Shown here piece by piece: positions 57,161 to 64,000 of a DNA stretch of 64,000 bases. The stretch comes from the human T2T-CHM13v2.0 reference genome, Homo sapiens. Each line of letters opens with the position of its first letter. Within the stretch, counting starts at the first letter, position 1. Below the pieces are notes generated by a model. The model saw only the letters and a list, made by a program, of their open reading frames with translations. It made no database searches and was not told the DNA's origin. The DNA lies in the NCBI RefSeq assembly GCF_009914755.1, contig NC_060930.1. One strand, 5' to 3'. The position numbers were made by a program, and so were the translations under genes.

Positions 57161-57809
57161 TTCTTTGAACAGAGAAAAAAAACAGACAATGTTAATTAAG
57201 AGCAAGACAGTGTTATGACAGATAAATATGCCACTGCAGCTATAGTAGAGATGTAAACAATCTTGAAATTATAAAAAAAAAATGTCGATGGAAAAGACTT
57301 ACTGCAAGTAAGAAGTTAAAACAGTTGTAAAAATTCTATCTCTGCCCAACTATATACAGATTGTTTCACAGGGAAGTCCTACTAAACCTTCAAAGAAGGT
57401 TATTGGACTTATTTAAAATATTCAAGAGAATGGAGCAAAATACAGAAAGCTAGGCAACTCACTTTATCAGCTATGAATAGTGTTAATTCTAAAGCCAGTT
57501 AGGGAACAAATAATAAAGAAACAAGATAGGAAAATCACTATTAGTAATTAGATGTAAAATAGATGAGAAAAATAGTAGACTGTGTCCATCAGTGTGCTAT
57601 AAACAAATTAAATATCTTGACCAAGTTATGAATCCCAAGAATAAAAGAATATTTAAACTTTAAATCTTTTAATGCATTTTAACACTTAATTCAATAATTT
57701 AAAAAGAGACAATCATATTTCACTAGATGTAGAAATCACTGTAGATGAAATCTAACACTACACCTGACCTACATTTCTTCAGTTATCTCCACTTTTAAGA
57801 ATTTGTGAT

Positions 57810-58600
<791 letters not shown>

Positions 58601-59040
58601 AAAAGAATTCCTGATCAGATTGAGCCAGGACAATGGCCGGGCGTGGTGGCTCACGCCTGTAATCCCAGCACTTTGGGAGGCCGAGGCAGGTGGTCAGGGT
58701 AGGCCTCTTGGAGGAGCCATGTGAGCAGACTTGAGAAGGAGAGAAACAGCCATGCAGATATTTGAAGGAAGAACCTTCCAGTATCCCGCTCTAAGCATAC
58801 CCAGGACTCTGCTCTGGGGCAGACCCTAAAGCTGCAGTGGAAATGGAGGTGGCCACACTCACAGAGACTGTGGCAGAGAGTGATGGGGATTTGGGTCTCC
58901 CCTTCCTGCTGTGGCTGTTAGAAGTGCTGGAGTTGGGGAGGGAAAGGCACTGGCATGTGGAGGAAGACTAGGAGAGGAGGGGAGGCTGAAGTGTGTCCCA
59001 CTCTCACTCCACCTCTCTGTTCTCTATCTCCTGCATCCGG

Positions 59041-59323
59041 TGCCTCCCCGACTTCCCCAAAGTTGTGGTCCCTGACAAGGAGGACCCTGAGGGCAACCAC
59101 ACCTTGCCATGTAGAGCACCTGGCTTCTCACTTGCCAACATCACTCTGACCTGGCTGCAGGAAGGGGAGGAGCCAACTCTGGACTCAAGACTCAAGGGGA
59201 CCAGACCCAGGAAGATGAGACATATCAGGGCTGGGCAGCTGTGGGGGGCCCTCCCAGAGAAGGCCTGAGATACACCTGCCTGCAGGTGCTCCTGGGCCTG
59301 GAGAAGCCCCTCAGTGTGACTAG
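59041..59323 (+). pseudogene. Decayed MHC class I-like alpha3 (Ig-C1) exon
   Basis: Frameshift-corrected translation EGNHTLPCRAPGFSLANITLTWLQEGEEPTLDSRLKGTRP/EDETYQGWAAVGGPPREGLRYTCLQVLLGLEKPLSVT; Cys codons at 59110 and 59277; pyrimidine tract with AG>GG acceptor; donor GTGAG at 59324. Confidence 0.82.
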
Positions 59324-59962
59324 GTGAGGTGTTGTCAGAGGACCAGAGGCTGAGGGTGGGGCGTCCCATCCAGATCCTGCCCCCCTCTCTGCCCCAGCAC
59401 CCAAGGCCCCTTCCTCCCTCCTCTATGGAGATGCTGGGGATGTCCTCATTCTCCCTCTGAGCACTCACATCTCACCCCTCATCTGTCTCTCTAACCTCCT
59501 TCCTTCCTGCTGCAGCTTCTGCCCCAGCCCCAGGCTCTGGCCTCTCTCTCCCCAGTTCCACCCTCCAGGGGGTGATGGTTCACTTCCCTCTGAGGAGCCA
59601 GCACTAGGTGAGAGGCTAGGAGAAGGAAAAGCTCATGGGCCATGGGTTGGGAGGGAGAATGGGCACTGAAATGGAAGGGTAGGGAGACAGAAGAGGCAGG
59701 TATTTCCAAATCACCATTTTTCTGTCATGGTCCAAGGGTGCCATCCTTCTCCCAGGCCCAGGGATGTGGAAAGAGCAGCAGGAATTGGGAAATACTCCAC
59801 AGGAAAGAACAATGTGCCTCCTCCCTCCACCGGCTTCTTCCTCTTGTCTATTCTGGTCAATTCTCTAAGTGAATCATGTTACCAAAATGTAAAATGTTTA
59901 TTTTAGGAAAGTCTCCAAATATTAGGGAATAAAATTACTAGTGCCTAAGCCCTGCATACTGA

Positions 59963-60378
<416 letters not shown>

Positions 60379-60419
60379 TAAAGTGGTGCTGAAGTGAGAG
60401 CCATTTATGTGCCTGTGTG

Positions 60420-61780
<1,361 letters not shown>

Positions 61781-62070
61781 TGAAGCTAGGTACAGTAGCT
61801 CATGCCTGTAATCCCAGCCCTTTGGGAGGCCAATTTAAGCCCAGGAGTTTGAGAGAAGCCTGGGCAACATAGTGAGACCTTGTCTTATAAAAAAAATTAA
61901 TTTAAAAAATGAAATGAATAGACATATATTAAATAAATTAAATCGATAATTAATAACATTCAGAAACAGAAAACATCAGCCCCAAATGGGTTTACTGATA
62001 AATTCTATCAAACATTTAAGGAAAAAATTATACCAATTTTCTATAATCTCTTCCAGAAGACATACTTTCT

Positions 62071-63438
<1,368 letters not shown>

Positions 63439-63439
63439 A

Positions 63440-64000
63440 AGACAGACACTTTCTATCTCATTTCATGAGGCCGGGATTCCATGAGGGAATACTTTCTAAC
63501 TAATTCCATGAGGCCAGCGTTAGCCAAATACCAAAATCAGATGAAGACTTCACAAAAAAAGAAAACCACAGACCAATATCTCTCATGAACATAGGTGCAA
63601 AAATCCTCAGCAAAATGCTAGCAAATCAAATCCACAATGTATGAGAAGAACAATACACCATGCCTAAGTAAGATTTATCCCAGGTATGCAAAGTTACTTC
63701 AACATTGGAAAATCAGTTAATGTAATCCATTAAATCAACTGGCTAAAGAAGAAAATCACATGATCATATCAATAGAGGCAGAAAAAGCAATTGACAACAT
63801 CCAACACCCATTCATGATGATTAAAAAAAAAAAAATCTCTTAGCAAGCTAGGAATAGAGAAGACCTTACTCAACTTGATAAACAACATCCACAAAACTTC
63901 CACAGCTAACATCACACTTAATGGTGAGAAACTAAAAGCTTGCCTGCTAAGATCAGAACAAGGCAGGAATGACCCTCTCAACACAGCTTTTCAACGTTGT
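63440..64000 (+). mobile_element. L1 ORF2 (RT region) remnant, continuous with ~61930-62060 across the PPIA retrocopy
   Basis: '[26 protein letters not shown]', 'HMIISIEAEKAIDNIQHPFM'. Confidence 0.88.

Overview
Human chr6p21.33, centromeric end of the MHC class I beta block, between MICA and MCCD1. The only intact protein-coding gene is MICB (+ strand, 6 exons, 41301-53011, 383 aa). Its residues fit the MICB*002 group, and its promoter appears to lack 2 bp at -139/-138. Upstream are an inverted HLA class I intron-3 fragment (HLA-X region), HCP5 (an HLA class I promoter and exon 1 fused to an antisense HERV-16), the probable HCG26 and MICB-DT lncRNA regions, a second CpG-rich promoter and a Y3 RNA retrocopy. 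Downstream are the Alu-interrupted PPIA retrocopy PPIAP9 and many Alu/L1/L2/LTR elements. The most notable observation is a decayed MHC class I-like alpha3 (Ig-C1) exon at 59041-59323. It mixes MIC-like and HLA-like motifs and has candidate companion exons, suggesting the relic of a separate class I-like gene next to MICB. Also notable are a 42-aa signal-peptide-bearing micropeptide in spliced HCP5 and candidate alternative terminal exons in MICB intron 5. Gene names, allele calls and repeat subfamilies come from recalled knowledge and were not database-verified. Repeat boundaries are approximate unless TSDs are quoted.
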